A stretch of 63,859 nt of DNA, from positions 1 to 63,859 of the forward strand of contig CBDAVP010000006.1 of assembly GCA_965201075.1 (NCBI GenBank), written 5' to 3'. Source of the stretch: Isosphaeraceae bacterium (GTDB lineage: Bacteria > Planctomycetota > Planctomycetia > Isosphaerales > Isosphaeraceae). Under the pieces are notes generated by a model that worked only from the letters and a program-made list of their open reading frames with translations, ran no database searches and was not told the origin of the DNA. The position numbers were made by a program, and so were the translations under genes. Positions 30,415-42,683 of this stretch are shown here, piece after piece (position 1 is the first letter of the stretch; each line of letters begins with the position of its first letter).

Positions 30415-31587
30415 TTGCCCTTGCCCCAACGACGACGGCCGAGACGGAACCTCGAACCGCTCCTTCGAGACGTGGCCCTGCCCGCGGCGGCGGCCCTGCT
30501 GCGCGGTTTGCGGCGCCTTTCGGGGGAACAGCTTGCCCAGGTCCTCCTGATTGTCGCCTTACTTGGCGCCGCGGCCTGGATCTGGCGGAGCGGTCATCGT
30601 CCCCCGCCACCTCCCGAAGCGGCGGAGGGGGGATATCTGGCGTGCGTCTGGAATGTCGAGAACTTCTACGACGATCGCGACGACCCGGACATCCACGACG
30701 AGGATGAGGACTGGTTTGGCCGAAACCCCGAACTGGTCCGCCAGAAGGTCGACCGTCTGTGCGAGGCCTTGTTGATGCAGGGCAAGGGGCGGGGGCCGGA
30801 CCTCGTCGCGATGGTGGAGGTGGAAAACCTTCGGGCCGCCGAGATGATCCGGGCCGCTCTGAACCGTCGGCTGCCGGAGCCCCTGCAATACCGCTACACC
30901 TTCTTCCGGGAAAACCGGACGGGGCGACACTTCGCGCCGGCGGTGGTGTCGAGGTTGCCGGGGGCGGTCGACGAGGGCCTTCAGTTCCAGGCGACCCTGC
31001 GGATCTTGCCGGTGCGTCTGGAAGTGAACGGGGCGCCTTTGACGGTCCTGGTGAGCCACTGGACCAGCCGCCTGACCGACCACGATGGCACCAAGCGAAA
31101 CCGTTACGGTGATGCCCTGTATCGCGCCGCCCGCAACCTGGGGGGCTCGGCCGACTTGCTGATCTGCGGGGATTTCAACGACGAGCCGTCCGACCCGTCG
31201 GTCCGCGACCACCTGCACGCGATCGCCGACGCCTCGGTGGTGAGCCACGCCGACGGGCCGTTGCGGCTGCTGGACCTGACCGCCTCGCTGGACCCGGCTC
31301 GCTCGGGGACGATTGCTTACCGAGGGCACCGGCAGCTTTTCGATCACATCGTCGCTTCTCCGGGATTGCTTGACCCGAAGGGTTGGCTGGTCCTGCCGGC
31401 GACGTTGCGGGTCGAGGACGGCCCCACTTTGCGAGACGGCCGCGCCGATCGTCCCTGGCGGTTTGGCGGGCCCAACGAACGAAAGGCCCGGGGGTTTTCC
31501 GACCACTTCGCCCTTAGTGTCCGCCTGTCGGTGGGCGGGGACGGTTCGGTCGCCTCGGCCCCGGCTCCGGCTCTACCCTCGCCGTGA
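30415..31587 (+). CDS. Endonuclease/exonuclease/phosphatase family protein, membrane-anchored
   Basis: WNVEN, MVEVEN, SHWTS, GDFND, FDH and FSDH motifs. Confidence 0.9.
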   Translation: MPLPQRRRPRRNLEPLLRDVALPAAAALLRGLRRLSGEQLAQVLLIVALLGAAAWIWRSGHRPPPPPEAAEGGYLACVWNVENFYDDRDDPDIHDEDEDWFGRNPELVRQKVDRLCEALLMQGKGRGPDLVAMVEVENLRAAEMIRAALNRRLPEPLQYRYTFFRENRTGRHFAPAVVSRLPGAVDEGLQFQATLRILPVRLEVNGAPLTVLVSHWTSRLTDHDGTKRNRYGDALYRAARNLGGSADLLICGDFNDEPSDPSVRDHLHAIADASVVSHADGPLRLLDLTASLDPARSGTIAYRGHRQLFDHIVASPGLLDPKGWLVLPATLRVEDGPTLRDGRADRPWRFGGPNERKARGFSDHFALSVRLSVGGDGSVASAPAPALPSP

Positions 31588-31603
31588 ACCCCGAGGTCCC
31601 ATC

Positions 31604-33694
31604 ATGAGATCCGGCCGATTCGCGTGGATGGCGCTGGGGCTGGTGGTCGCGGCCTCGCCCAGTTTGGGACAGGAGCGTCCGCGAAAGGCGATTCCGTTGG
31701 TGGATCGGATGCCCGCCCGGCCCGAGCCGTTCCGCATTGTCGACTGGAAGGTCCGGGCGTTGGGTTTCGACCGGCTGGTCTTCGACGAGGGTCGCACGGG
31801 CCCTTACCTGCCGGTGGTCCGCCTGGTCCCCGAGCCGAGGGTGGTGGCGCCGCCGGGGTTTGCCCTGCCGTCGTACCTCGGCGACGACCGGGACCACGGC
31901 GAGGGGATTTGCGCCCTGGCGGCCTTGATGAACGGCACCTTGATGGGGGTGGACCGGAGCCGGGAAGGGGGGCGGAACTGGGTCGCAATGGGCCGAGAGT
32001 GGTTCAACCCCGACCCCCGAGTCCGCATCGTGGGGAACAACCCGGGCTCGGGCGGGTCGGGGAGTTACTGGTATGACCTTTTGCCGGGGGCTCTGTTCGC
32101 TCAACTGGCGACGCGTTACCCCGAGGTCCCCGGGATGCGCGAGTCGTTCCGGGCGATGGCCGACCGCTATCGAGCGCTGGTCGAGGCGAGGGGCGGGCCG
32201 TCGGCGGATTTCGAGCAGACTGGCTACGACTTCGCCCGGGATCGGCCGATCGACAACGGCCGCTGGCGAGAGCCCGACGCCGCCGCCGGGATCGCGTTTA
32301 TCGAGCACCTGGCCTACCAGACCTGGCACGACCCCCGCCACCTGGAGGCCGCCCGCTGGTGCCTCGACGCCCTCGACCGCCGACCCGCCGACCGGGGCAA
32401 CCCGCTCTATGAGGTCTTGCTTGATTACGCTCCAGCCCTGGCCGCTCGGTTCAACGCCGAGCATGGGACCGATTACGACGTCGAGAAGTTGCTGAACTGG
32501 TGCCTGAGCGAGAACCAGGGTCCCCGCGCGACCCGTCCGGGCTGGGGGGTTGTCGCATCGCGGTTTGGGGCGGTGGAGGCCCACGGGTTGGTGGGTCAGA
32601 CCCACCCGGGCGACCGCTACGTCTTCGCGATGAACACGTTCCACGCCGCCGGCTGCCTCGCGCCTTTGGTCCGGTACGACGAACGGTATGCCCAGGCCCT
32701 GGGCAAATGGCTGATGAACGTGGCCAACAACGCCCGGCTTTTCTACCCCGACGGACTGCCGGCGGACCAACAATCGCCGCCTCGCTGGCCCGAGGGGGAG
32801 CCGCCAGTCATTCCCTATGAAGGGCTGCGGGAGAAGGGGCGACACCGTGGGGAATGGCTGGGGGAAACGACGGCCAAGGGGACGGCCTCGGGCGACCTGA
32901 GGGAGCGTAGGCCCAGCCGTCGCGCCGAGGTACTGACCCCTGACGAAAACGACGGTGGGCTCGATCACGTCTGGGAGTTCCGGGCCCCGACCGGCATCAC
33001 CGCCGCGGGCTGCTGGCTGCGCCTCGAATCCGGGGCCAAGGTCGGCGCCTTCCGCCTGTCGGTCCGCCCCTCGGAGTCGGCCCCGTGGACGCCGGCCGGG
33101 AGCTTTCCCCGAGACGGCGACCGCCCTGGAGAGCCGTCGCCGGTGGGCCTGGCCCTGGGCTCGGTGCGTGACGGGGCCCGGTTCGCCGTCCGGGTCGAGT
33201 CGGCAAGGGCCGGGGAGTCGGCCCCGCCGCTGACGGTCCGCGACCTCCGCTGCGAGTTCGCCGCGGGCGAGACCCCCTACGCCACGGGCGACCCGCTCTT
33301 TTTCGCCTGGGGGGCCCCGACCGATTTCGGGGTCTATGGCGGGGCGTTCGTTGGCTATCTGGCCGCGCTGGTGGAGCGAACCGACCGCGAGCACGTCCTG
33401 CGATTCGACCTGCGGGCCACCGACTTCGCCGCCGGCCCGGGGCTCCCTTCCTACCTTTACTATAACGGAGACCCTGAGGACCGCCTGGTCACGGCCGAGG
33501 TCGGCCCGAAGTCCCAGGACCTTTACGACACGGTGACCAAGCGATGGCTCGCTCAGGGCGCCGTGGGTCGAGCCCGATTCAGGGTCCCCGCCGAAGGCGC
33601 CGTCGTCCTGGTCGTGGTCCCCTCGGACGCTCCCATTCGGCGGGACGGGGGCCGTTTGCTGGCGGGGGACCTGGTGATCGACTGGCACCCCTGA
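31604..33694 (+). CDS. Large secreted uncharacterised protein (possibly a carbohydrate-active alpha/alpha-barrel)
   Basis: Signal peptide and a Trp/Tyr-rich globular sequence (SYWYD, EPDAAAG, FAMNTF). Function not recognised. Confidence 0.7.
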   Translation: MRSGRFAWMALGLVVAASPSLGQERPRKAIPLVDRMPARPEPFRIVDWKVRALGFDRLVFDEGRTGPYLPVVRLVPEPRVVAPPGFALPSYLGDDRDHGEGICALAALMNGTLMGVDRSREGGRNWVAMGREWFNPDPRVRIVGNNPGSGGSGSYWYDLLPGALFAQLATRYPEVPGMRESFRAMADRYRALVEARGGPSADFEQTGYDFARDRPIDNGRWREPDAAAGIAFIEHLAYQTWHDPRHLEAARWCLDALDRRPADRGNPLYEVLLDYAPALAARFNAEHGTDYDVEKLLNWCLSENQGPRATRPGWGVVASRFGAVEAHGLVGQTHPGDRYVFAMNTFHAAGCLAPLVRYDERYAQALGKWLMNVANNARLFYPDGLPADQQSPPRWPEGEPPVIPYEGLREKGRHRGEWLGETTAKGTASGDLRERRPSRRAEVLTPDENDGGLDHVWEFRAPTGITAAGCWLRLESGAKVGAFRLSVRPSESAPWTPAGSFPRDGDRPGEPSPVGLALGSVRDGARFAVRVESARAGESAPPLTVRDLRCEFAAGETPYATGDPLFFAWGAPTDFGVYGGAFVGYLAALVERTDREHVLRFDLRATDFAAGPGLPSYLYYNGDPEDRLVTAEVGPKSQDLYDTVTKRWLAQGAVGRARFRVPAEGAVVLVVVPSDAPIRRDGGRLLAGDLVIDWHP

Positions 33695-33749
33695 GCGTTG
33701 TCAATTCTGGGGGCTCGGGGGCCGCGGGTCCTCGGGGTCCACGTCGGGG

Positions 33750-34595
33750 TCAGTCTGGGGAGACGGACAGCGGCGTTTGCTCTTGACCATGCCGTTGTAC
33801 TGGAACGTCCCAATCCGCCAGCCGGTGGCGGGTGCGGTCGTCGGGGACCATGACGTCCAACTGGATCAAAGCGACGGGCCGGACCGAGTGGTTGTCGGAG
33901 CCGAAGTTGTCGCAGATAGAGCCTTGCCAGAGGACCGGGTCGACCAGACTGGAGACCTGCTCGGTCGGGACGTCGACGAACAGGAGCTTGCGGATGATCG
34001 AGCCATTGGCGAACTTCGCCTGGCGCATGTCGGGGTGGTCGTGGTCGTTCCAGACCTTGCCGATGGTGGCTCCGGCGAAGTCGTTGTAGTAGGCCACGGC
34101 GTAGGTTTGGCCGTCGACGTAAGTCTGGTCGGGGGCCAGTTGGAACTTCTTGACCTCGGCCTCCTTGGTCATGCCGCGAATCCCCTCGCGACCGATCGAG
34201 CCATAATGCTGCCAGGGTATATGATACCAGCGTCGGACGGGGTTCTCCTCGACGCGCCAGTCGGCCTCGATGTTCCCTTCGAAGCAGTACGTCCGCAGCG
34301 CCTTCATGTAGTCCTTCCAGCCGGCGCGGAGGTAGCCTTCGACGTAGTTCTCGGCGGGTTCAGACCCGAAGAACGCGGGGAGTTTCGTGGGGTCGGGCGC
34401 GGCCTTGGGGTAATCCTGGCTGAGCTTGAAGACGCGGCCGGCATACCCCGCGGGGAGGAAGCCGAAGTCGGGGAACCGCGGCTGGGAAGCCGGCAACGGT
34501 CCGCGGCACGGCTCGGCGGCGGTCGCGGTTGCGGACAGGAGGGCCAGGCCGGCGACGACACCGGTCCTCCGGAATCGGCGGACCATGTGGGGCAT
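33750..34595 (-). pseudogene. Secreted hypothetical protein, apparently frameshifted and truncated at the 3' end
   Basis: Signal peptide and FKLSQDYP, WYHIPW, GREGIRGMTKE, LIQLD. After about 33830 a protein-like continuation (TGWRIGTFQYNG) is in another frame and then runs into the convergent neighbour. Confidence 0.55.
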
Positions 34596-34930
34596 TCCTG
34601 ATTCCATTGGACGAGGCGCGCACCCCGCTCGCTTCCTTACTTGGGGATAATCGTGTTCGGCGGGGTCAGGCAAGCCCTAGGTCACGTTCGGCGGACGCCG
34701 CACGCCCAAGGCCAGCAGTGTCGAGGAAATTCGCTCAGGGCGAGGAGTTTTACCCGCCGCCACCTAAGCCCCCGCGAGGGAATCCCCTTTGCCACCGCAT
34801 CCATCAAGCGGCCGGGACGACCCGCGTACATTGCCCAGTATTCCGTTGGGACGATATACTGGAACCGTAGCGGAAGGCTGAGGAACCGTCTCGTTTCCGG
34901 GTAGGCATCCACGCGGGGATCAACTCCTCC

Positions 34931-35302
34931 ATGACCCATCCGAGGCGACTGCCCGACACCGCATGGGTCGTACGTTGCGGGCAGCCTCCTTACTTGCCTC
35001 CCGAATCGCTCGACGGGAAATGTGATGAGAATGGGGAGGTCTACGGTTTCTCGGTCCAATGCACCGCAGATGTTCCCTTCGAGGAGTTGGCTAGGGCCTG
35101 CCCGAACAACCAGATTGGCGTGCTGACAGTCGGGCAGATCCGCGCCGCGGGATACGATGTCGTCGTCACTCCCGGACCACGCCGCCATGCAACGGTCGTT
35201 GTCCCGGTGAATTGGCCACTGTCCGCAGCGCTGGAGCTTGGTGCCATATTTCAGAAACATCTCAACCCTGTCCCCGTGGCCTTGCGGTGGAGTCGTCGAT
35301 GA
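34931..35302 (+). CDS. Small protein with ADP-ribosyltransferase-like (R-S-H, Tse2/Rhs-toxin-type) motifs
   Basis: VVRCG...GFSVQ...PNNQIGVLTVGQIRAAGYDV..TPG..RHATV. Lower GC; ATGA overlap with the next gene. Confidence 0.55.
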   Translation: MTHPRRLPDTAWVVRCGQPPYLPPESLDGKCDENGEVYGFSVQCTADVPFEELARACPNNQIGVLTVGQIRAAGYDVVVTPGPRRHATVVVPVNWPLSAALELGAIFQKHLNPVPVALRWSRR

Positions 35303-36279
35303 AAACTGTATCCGCCGATTTCAATGCCTTGACGGAGGACGGGGACATCCGCCTGACTTGCCGCGCCTCGCGCGATGATCTCAAGCAAATGGGCCTCAAA
35401 CCGAGCGACTGGGCCTGGCTCTCCGACGGTGAAGTTCTGTTCGGGGCAAGGCTTGAGCGGGATGCGCGTTGGGGGATGGTCGGCCAGCTTCGTTGGGACA
35501 CTCTGGTGCGGTTCGATGATCCCGACGTTGAGAATCCACTCGCGATCCGCGACCAATTGAATCGTTTGATACCGGACACAAAACACGATCACGACACGGA
35601 ATTTCAAATCTTCCGACTGATGACGGTTTACGAGCGGAGGTTGGGGCCTTTGGTCGTGAGTCGGCTGGCCCCCGGGATTTTCCCTCTACGCCGTGCCATG
35701 GCGTTGCAGTTCATGAAAGAGCCCGAACTGGCCCTGATTGAAATGGAAGCCGCCAGGCAAGCTCGACCCAACGATGCCGATCTGGAGTATTTTTACCTGG
35801 AGTTTCTGAGGCGGGCCGATCCAATCCGTGCCGTCCAGGAGGCGACCGACCTGCTCCAAACCGCCGACATCCCCGCATCCGTTTTGGCCGGCTGCATCGA
35901 TATCTTCGCTTCCGAAGCCGACCAGTTCCACGATGACGCCTTCGCCAGAATCGGGTCTCAGATTCTCCGGTGGTGCGACCAATTCGAGAGGGCGCCAGGA
36001 CGGACGCGAGTTCGCCCCGCGATCGCGGCTCAGCTCTATTTCAACCGGGGTATAACGCTCCTGCGGCTCGATCGATTGCCCGACGCTCGCCGGGCCTTGG
36101 ATCAGGCCCAAGCCGCCAATCCGAATGAGCCCTTGATCCACGCCGCACAAAAGTTGAACCGCTACGACGAGGAAGGCCGGTTGATCTCGATGCAACTGCA
36201 CAGCAAGCCTTCCCTTCCCTTATCGACCCCGAGTTTGCCGAACTTCCCGCCGTCCGAGCCCCTTGTCCAGCGGGCATGA
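35299..36279 (+). CDS. Protein with small N-terminal (ADFN..DG.IRL) domain fused to TPR-like repeats
   Basis: ATG at 35299 overlaps the upstream TGA. TPR-like YFNRGITLLRLDRLPDARRALDQAQAANP and ALIEMEAARQARPND. Confidence 0.75.
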   Translation: MKTVSADFNALTEDGDIRLTCRASRDDLKQMGLKPSDWAWLSDGEVLFGARLERDARWGMVGQLRWDTLVRFDDPDVENPLAIRDQLNRLIPDTKHDHDTEFQIFRLMTVYERRLGPLVVSRLAPGIFPLRRAMALQFMKEPELALIEMEAARQARPNDADLEYFYLEFLRRADPIRAVQEATDLLQTADIPASVLAGCIDIFASEADQFHDDAFARIGSQILRWCDQFERAPGRTRVRPAIAAQLYFNRGITLLRLDRLPDARRALDQAQAANPNEPLIHAAQKLNRYDEEGRLISMQLHSKPSLPLSTPSLPNFPPSEPLVQRA

Positions 36280-36355
36280 GTCGTCACTGCGCCCGAAGCC
36301 GCCGAGCGGGGTAGACTGGTAGGGACGCCCATCACCCCGCGGCGGAGGCGCGACG

Positions 36356-38656
<2,301 letters not shown>

Positions 38657-38700
38657 GGAAGGGGCTGGCCGTGGCCGTGGCCCTGTTCTTCCTGATCGGC

Positions 38701-39030
38701 CTATTCGTCGATGGCCACGGGCGTCTCGTCCCGGAGATCGCAGCCTGGGGGGCCGAGGGAGGCCCGGACAAACTCGGCTCCGAGAAGGCGGCAGATCAGG
38801 ATTTCGCCGGAGTCGAACTCGACGCCCAGGGCGAACCAGTGGTGACAGGTCTCGCAAACCCCCAACAGCAATTCCGGTTCTTCCATGTCGGGATGGGAGA
38901 CCTCCAGAAACCCTCCGCAGCCCTGGCAGGGGATTGTCGCCAACTCCCCCGCCGAGTCGGCGGCAGGGGGGCGCCGGGTCAGGGTCAAGGTCAAGGTCAC
39001 TGCGGTTCTGGCCTGTCCTTCTAGACCCAT
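38701..39030 (-). CDS. Small zinc-ribbon-like protein
   Basis: CQGC...HPD...LLGVCETCHHWF (two CxxC motifs). Confidence 0.6.
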   Translation of the reverse strand: MGLEGQARTAVTLTLTLTRRPPAADSAGELATIPCQGCGGFLEVSHPDMEEPELLLGVCETCHHWFALGVEFDSGEILICRLLGAEFVRASLGPPGCDLRDETPVAIDE

Positions 39031-39255
39031 GTTCACTTCCCCAGGTCGCGGGCGGTGCGACCTCTGGATGCCGTGACGGCTATGATAGGCACGCCAATCC
39101 GAATCGGCATCCTCCGGGGACGGGGTTCGGCGGGGTTGGGGAACTGACCTTCCCCGATTGGGGGGAAGGCGGCACAATTCCCGCCCGTCGTCCCGGCCGC
39201 CGAGGTTGGGTCGCTCGCGCCTGGAGGCGACTTACATCGGCAGGGAGGCCGCGCG

Positions 39256-40254
39256 ATGCGTCGAGGAATTGGGGCGGGGCTCGCGCTGGCCGCGGCGCTG
39301 CTGGGAGCCTCGGGACTGGACGCTCGGGGCCAGGGGCAGGTCATCGAGCGGAAGACCGAGGTGACTGGTCCTCGAGGCCGGACGATCGAGCGCGATGTGC
39401 GGGTCCAGCGAGGCTCGGGCTACATTGATCGCCAGATCGACATCCGCCGGCCCGGAGGCGAGATCCGTCGAGACACCCGGGTCCTGACCGGCCCGCCCGG
39501 CGGCGGCCACCCCCGCGGCGGGCCCGCCTTCGCCGGTGGCGGAGGAGGGGGCTGGGGTCCGCGTCCGTGGGGGCCTCGGCCCGGAGTGATCATCGAGCGC
39601 GACGTCATCTTCGCCCCTCCACCGCCCCCGCCTCGCCCGTTCGGGTTCCTTGCCGTCGGCGGGCCGCTGTTCGGTCTCTCACTGGGAGCCCCGGCGCTGA
39701 TCGCGCCGCCTCCGGTGTTTGTGACGCCCCCGCCGGTCATCGTCGCCCCCGCCCCGCCCGTGCAGGTCGCGGCGCCGACGATCGACCCGGTCGCCGAGGC
39801 TTTGGGGCAGCTTCAGGGGTTCTGGGTGTCCAACCGCCGCGAGGCCGCTTTGGCTCTGGGTCGCCTGAATGACCCTCGTGCCGTCCCCTCGATCATGGAG
39901 CGGCTCAAGAACGACTCGGACAAGACGGTCCGGGCCGCCTGCGCCTGGTCCCTGGGGGAGATCGGCGACCCCCGCGCCGCCTCCTACCTCGAACACGCCA
40001 CCCTGTACGACAAGCGTCAGGAAGTCCGCGACGCCGCGGGTCTTGCCTACCAGCGGCTGCCGCAGGTGACCACGACGACTCCCGCGCCGGCCGCCCCGAC
40101 CGGGGGCGCCGTGGCCGGGGTTCAGTCGGCTCCGCCGGCCCTCGAACCGCCGGCCGAGGAGTTGCCCCCCGCCGACCTCGCCCCAATCGACCGCGACACC
40201 CCGCCCCCGCCGCCCCGGCCCGCCGAGGAGACCGGCTTCCGCGACACGCCCTGA
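39256..40254 (+). CDS. Secreted HEAT-repeat protein with Pro/Gly-rich regions
   Basis: Signal peptide; RREAALALGRL.DPRAVP...VRAACAWSLGEIGDP...VRDAA. Confidence 0.85.
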   Translation: MRRGIGAGLALAAALLGASGLDARGQGQVIERKTEVTGPRGRTIERDVRVQRGSGYIDRQIDIRRPGGEIRRDTRVLTGPPGGGHPRGGPAFAGGGGGGWGPRPWGPRPGVIIERDVIFAPPPPPPRPFGFLAVGGPLFGLSLGAPALIAPPPVFVTPPPVIVAPAPPVQVAAPTIDPVAEALGQLQGFWVSNRREAALALGRLNDPRAVPSIMERLKNDSDKTVRAACAWSLGEIGDPRAASYLEHATLYDKRQEVRDAAGLAYQRLPQVTTTTPAPAAPTGGAVAGVQSAPPALEPPAEELPPADLAPIDRDTPPPPPRPAEETGFRDTP

Positions 40255-40692
40255 CCCGTCGACCTCCACGCCACCCTGAATTCTGCGGCGCCCGAGACTG
40301 GAATGGCTCGGGCCAATCCCCCTTGGATCGGAATCGCCAAGGAAGAGTCGGGCCGATCCCCGACTTCCGTTCCCCACCGATTCCGCCTCGTCCCCGCGAG
40401 ATGGACTCCGCCAAATCCGCACCGCCCATTCCCTGGCTGTGGGAAGGTTTTGCAAGTATCGCCCCACCTCCCACGTCACCGAAAAATCTCCTAAACTTGA
40501 CTCAAGTCGCCGCCAATCCTCCGGTTGGATGTGCGTCACGTCCCTCCGTTCCGGAGATCGGAACGGCGTTTGCTGCCGTGCCCGTTTGGGTCGAAACCGC
40601 GGAACGGCGAGTCGGAAACGGACCTGTATCGGCTGGCGAATTGCCTGGCGTTGAGGAAATCGCGAAATCCCGTGATTTTCCCAAACTGCCTA

Positions 40693-40701
40693 TGTTATAC
40701 T
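40693..40701 (+). promoter_or_regulatory. Putative extended -10 promoter element (TGnTATACT) for the YTV gene
   Basis: TGTTATACT in an AT-rich patch about 165 bp upstream of ATG 40867. Confidence 0.4.
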
Positions 40702-40866
40702 GTAGGGGACGAAGCAATTTGGCGGGTCCGGCGGCGCCGGGCTCGCGGGACCGAGGTTGCGAGGGGACGCTCCTCAGGGATGAGGCTTGGCCCGCCTCCG
40801 GTCGGCTTGACACCCACGGCGATCGCACCAGGGACGACCGAATTTCTGCCCAGGAGCGAGACACTC

Positions 40867-42408
40867 ATGTCTGCCTGTCGAAGGAGTTTCCCAGCGCTCG
40901 CGGCGGCCTGCCTGGTGCTGGGCCTGGCCGGGACGGGCCGGGCCACCTACTGCGGTTGTGCGTCGTATCGGGCCGTCCCGGCGCCGATCGTCCAGGCCCA
41001 GTGCAACGTCGTGGCGCTGGCCCCCCAGTGCCAGCCGGTGACGCAGACGGTTTGCGAGACCGTCTATGAGAACCAACCGGTTACCGTCATGACCACTCGC
41101 TACCGGACCGGCTACCGGGCCGAGAACTTCACGGTCATGCGGCCCACCTACCAGACCACCCAGGTCGCCCGGAATTACACCGTCTGCCGTCCCGTCTGCG
41201 AAACCTCTTACGTCCAGAAGCGCTACGCCGTCTGCCGGCCGGTTTACGAGACGCAGAAGATGGAGCGACGCTACACCGTCTGCAAGCCGGTGTATCAGAC
41301 CTCGTACTGCCAGCGGCGTTACAACGTCAGCCGCCCGGTGTATGAGACGCAGAAGATGGAGCGGCGCTACACCGTCTGCAAGCCGGTCTATCAGACCGCC
41401 TACCAGCAGCGACGCTACACCGTCAGCCGACCCGTTTACCAGACGCAGAAGATGGAGCGTCGCTACACCGTTTGCAAGCCGGTGTACCAAACTGCCTATC
41501 AGCAGCGACAGTACACGGTGATGCGCCCGGTGACGCAGACGACGATGGTCGAGCAGCCCTACACCGTCTGCCGACCGGTGGTGACGACGCGGGTTGAGGA
41601 ATGCGGCTACTACCAGACCCAGGCCGAGGTCATCCCCGGCCCCGTGGTCGAGCGTCAGGTCCCGGTCCGCGACCCCTGCGGCTGCGGAAGCGGAGGCCGC
41701 GGGCTGTTCCGCCACAAGCCGACCTGCTACCAGACGGTGGCCGTGCAGTGCCCGTCGCGGACGGTTTGCCGGCGGGTGTATGTCCCCCAGCAACGGACCG
41801 TCGCCGAGACCCGCTACGTCGCCGAGACCGCCACGAGGCAGGTTCCCGTGCAGACCTGCACCATGGTAGCCGAGACCAAGGTGGAGAACGTCCCGGTCAC
41901 GACTTGCCAGTACGTCCAGCAGGAGGTCGTCCAGCCCTACGAGGTCACCACCTGCCAGATGGTCTGCGAGGAAAAGGTCGAGAACGTCCCCGTGACCACC
42001 TGCCAGATGGTCTCCGAGCAGGTCGTCCAGCCCTACGAGGTCACCACCTGCCGGATGGTCTGCGAGGAGAAGGTCGAGAACGTGCCGGTCACCACCTGTC
42101 AGATGGTCCCCCAGGAGGTCGTGCAGCCCTACGAGGTGACGACCTGCCGGATGGTCCAGGAAGAGAAGGTGGAGAACGTGCCGGTGCAGACGACCCGGAT
42201 GGTCAGCGAGACGCGAACCGAGATGATCCCCGTGACGACCTGCTCGATGGTGGCCGAGACCGCCACGAGGCAGGTGCCAGTCTGCGTTCCCGAGCAGGTG
42301 CCGGTGACGATCAACCGTTGCGTCGCCCGAGTGGTCGCCCGCCCGGTGGTGACCCAGCAATGCACGATGGTCCCGGTGGCCGTCCCGTCCTGCCTGTCCT
42401 GCCGCTGA
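40867..42408 (+). CDS. YTV-repeat Cys/Val/Thr-rich planctomycete envelope protein
   Basis: Signal peptide; repeated RRYTVCKPVY(E/Q)T units, then VENVPVTTC/VVQPYEVTTC units. AGGAG RBS. Confidence 0.9.
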   Translation: MSACRRSFPALAAACLVLGLAGTGRATYCGCASYRAVPAPIVQAQCNVVALAPQCQPVTQTVCETVYENQPVTVMTTRYRTGYRAENFTVMRPTYQTTQVARNYTVCRPVCETSYVQKRYAVCRPVYETQKMERRYTVCKPVYQTSYCQRRYNVSRPVYETQKMERRYTVCKPVYQTAYQQRRYTVSRPVYQTQKMERRYTVCKPVYQTAYQQRQYTVMRPVTQTTMVEQPYTVCRPVVTTRVEECGYYQTQAEVIPGPVVERQVPVRDPCGCGSGGRGLFRHKPTCYQTVAVQCPSRTVCRRVYVPQQRTVAETRYVAETATRQVPVQTCTMVAETKVENVPVTTCQYVQQEVVQPYEVTTCQMVCEEKVENVPVTTCQMVSEQVVQPYEVTTCRMVCEEKVENVPVTTCQMVPQEVVQPYEVTTCRMVQEEKVENVPVQTTRMVSETRTEMIPVTTCSMVAETATRQVPVCVPEQVPVTINRCVARVVARPVVTQQCTMVPVAVPSCLSCR

Positions 42409-42435
42409 CGAGCCGGCAAACCGCAAAAACCCAAG

Positions 42436-42476
42436 ATGGCCGCGGCGGCGCCTACCCGGGCCCGCTACGGCCGTTT
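42436..42476 (+). terminator. Possible terminator hairpin after the YTV gene
   Basis: Imperfect stem ATGGCCGCGGCGG...CCGCTACGGCCGT followed by TT. Confidence 0.4.
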
Positions 42477-42683
42477 GTCTATTGCCGAATGAGTGGACTT
42501 ATGCGGCATCAACTCTCATTGCAACGTCAACAAGGCGTGGATGCGGCGATTGCTAGGGCCCCCGTCAACCCTTTGGTGATCAAAGGGGGTGGTTTGATCT
42601 TGGCCGCAAATAATTGTCGAGTGCCGTCTTCACCCCTCGCCCGAGGCTCATGCGGTATCGTCCAGGCCGGGGATAGGCGGGCT

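Noticed and set aside
41140..42250. Imperfect 45-60-bp repeats as a non-coding array or DGR template/variable repeats
   Set aside because: They are the coding YTV repeats with third-position variation. No reverse transcriptase and no adenine-specific mismatch pattern was seen.
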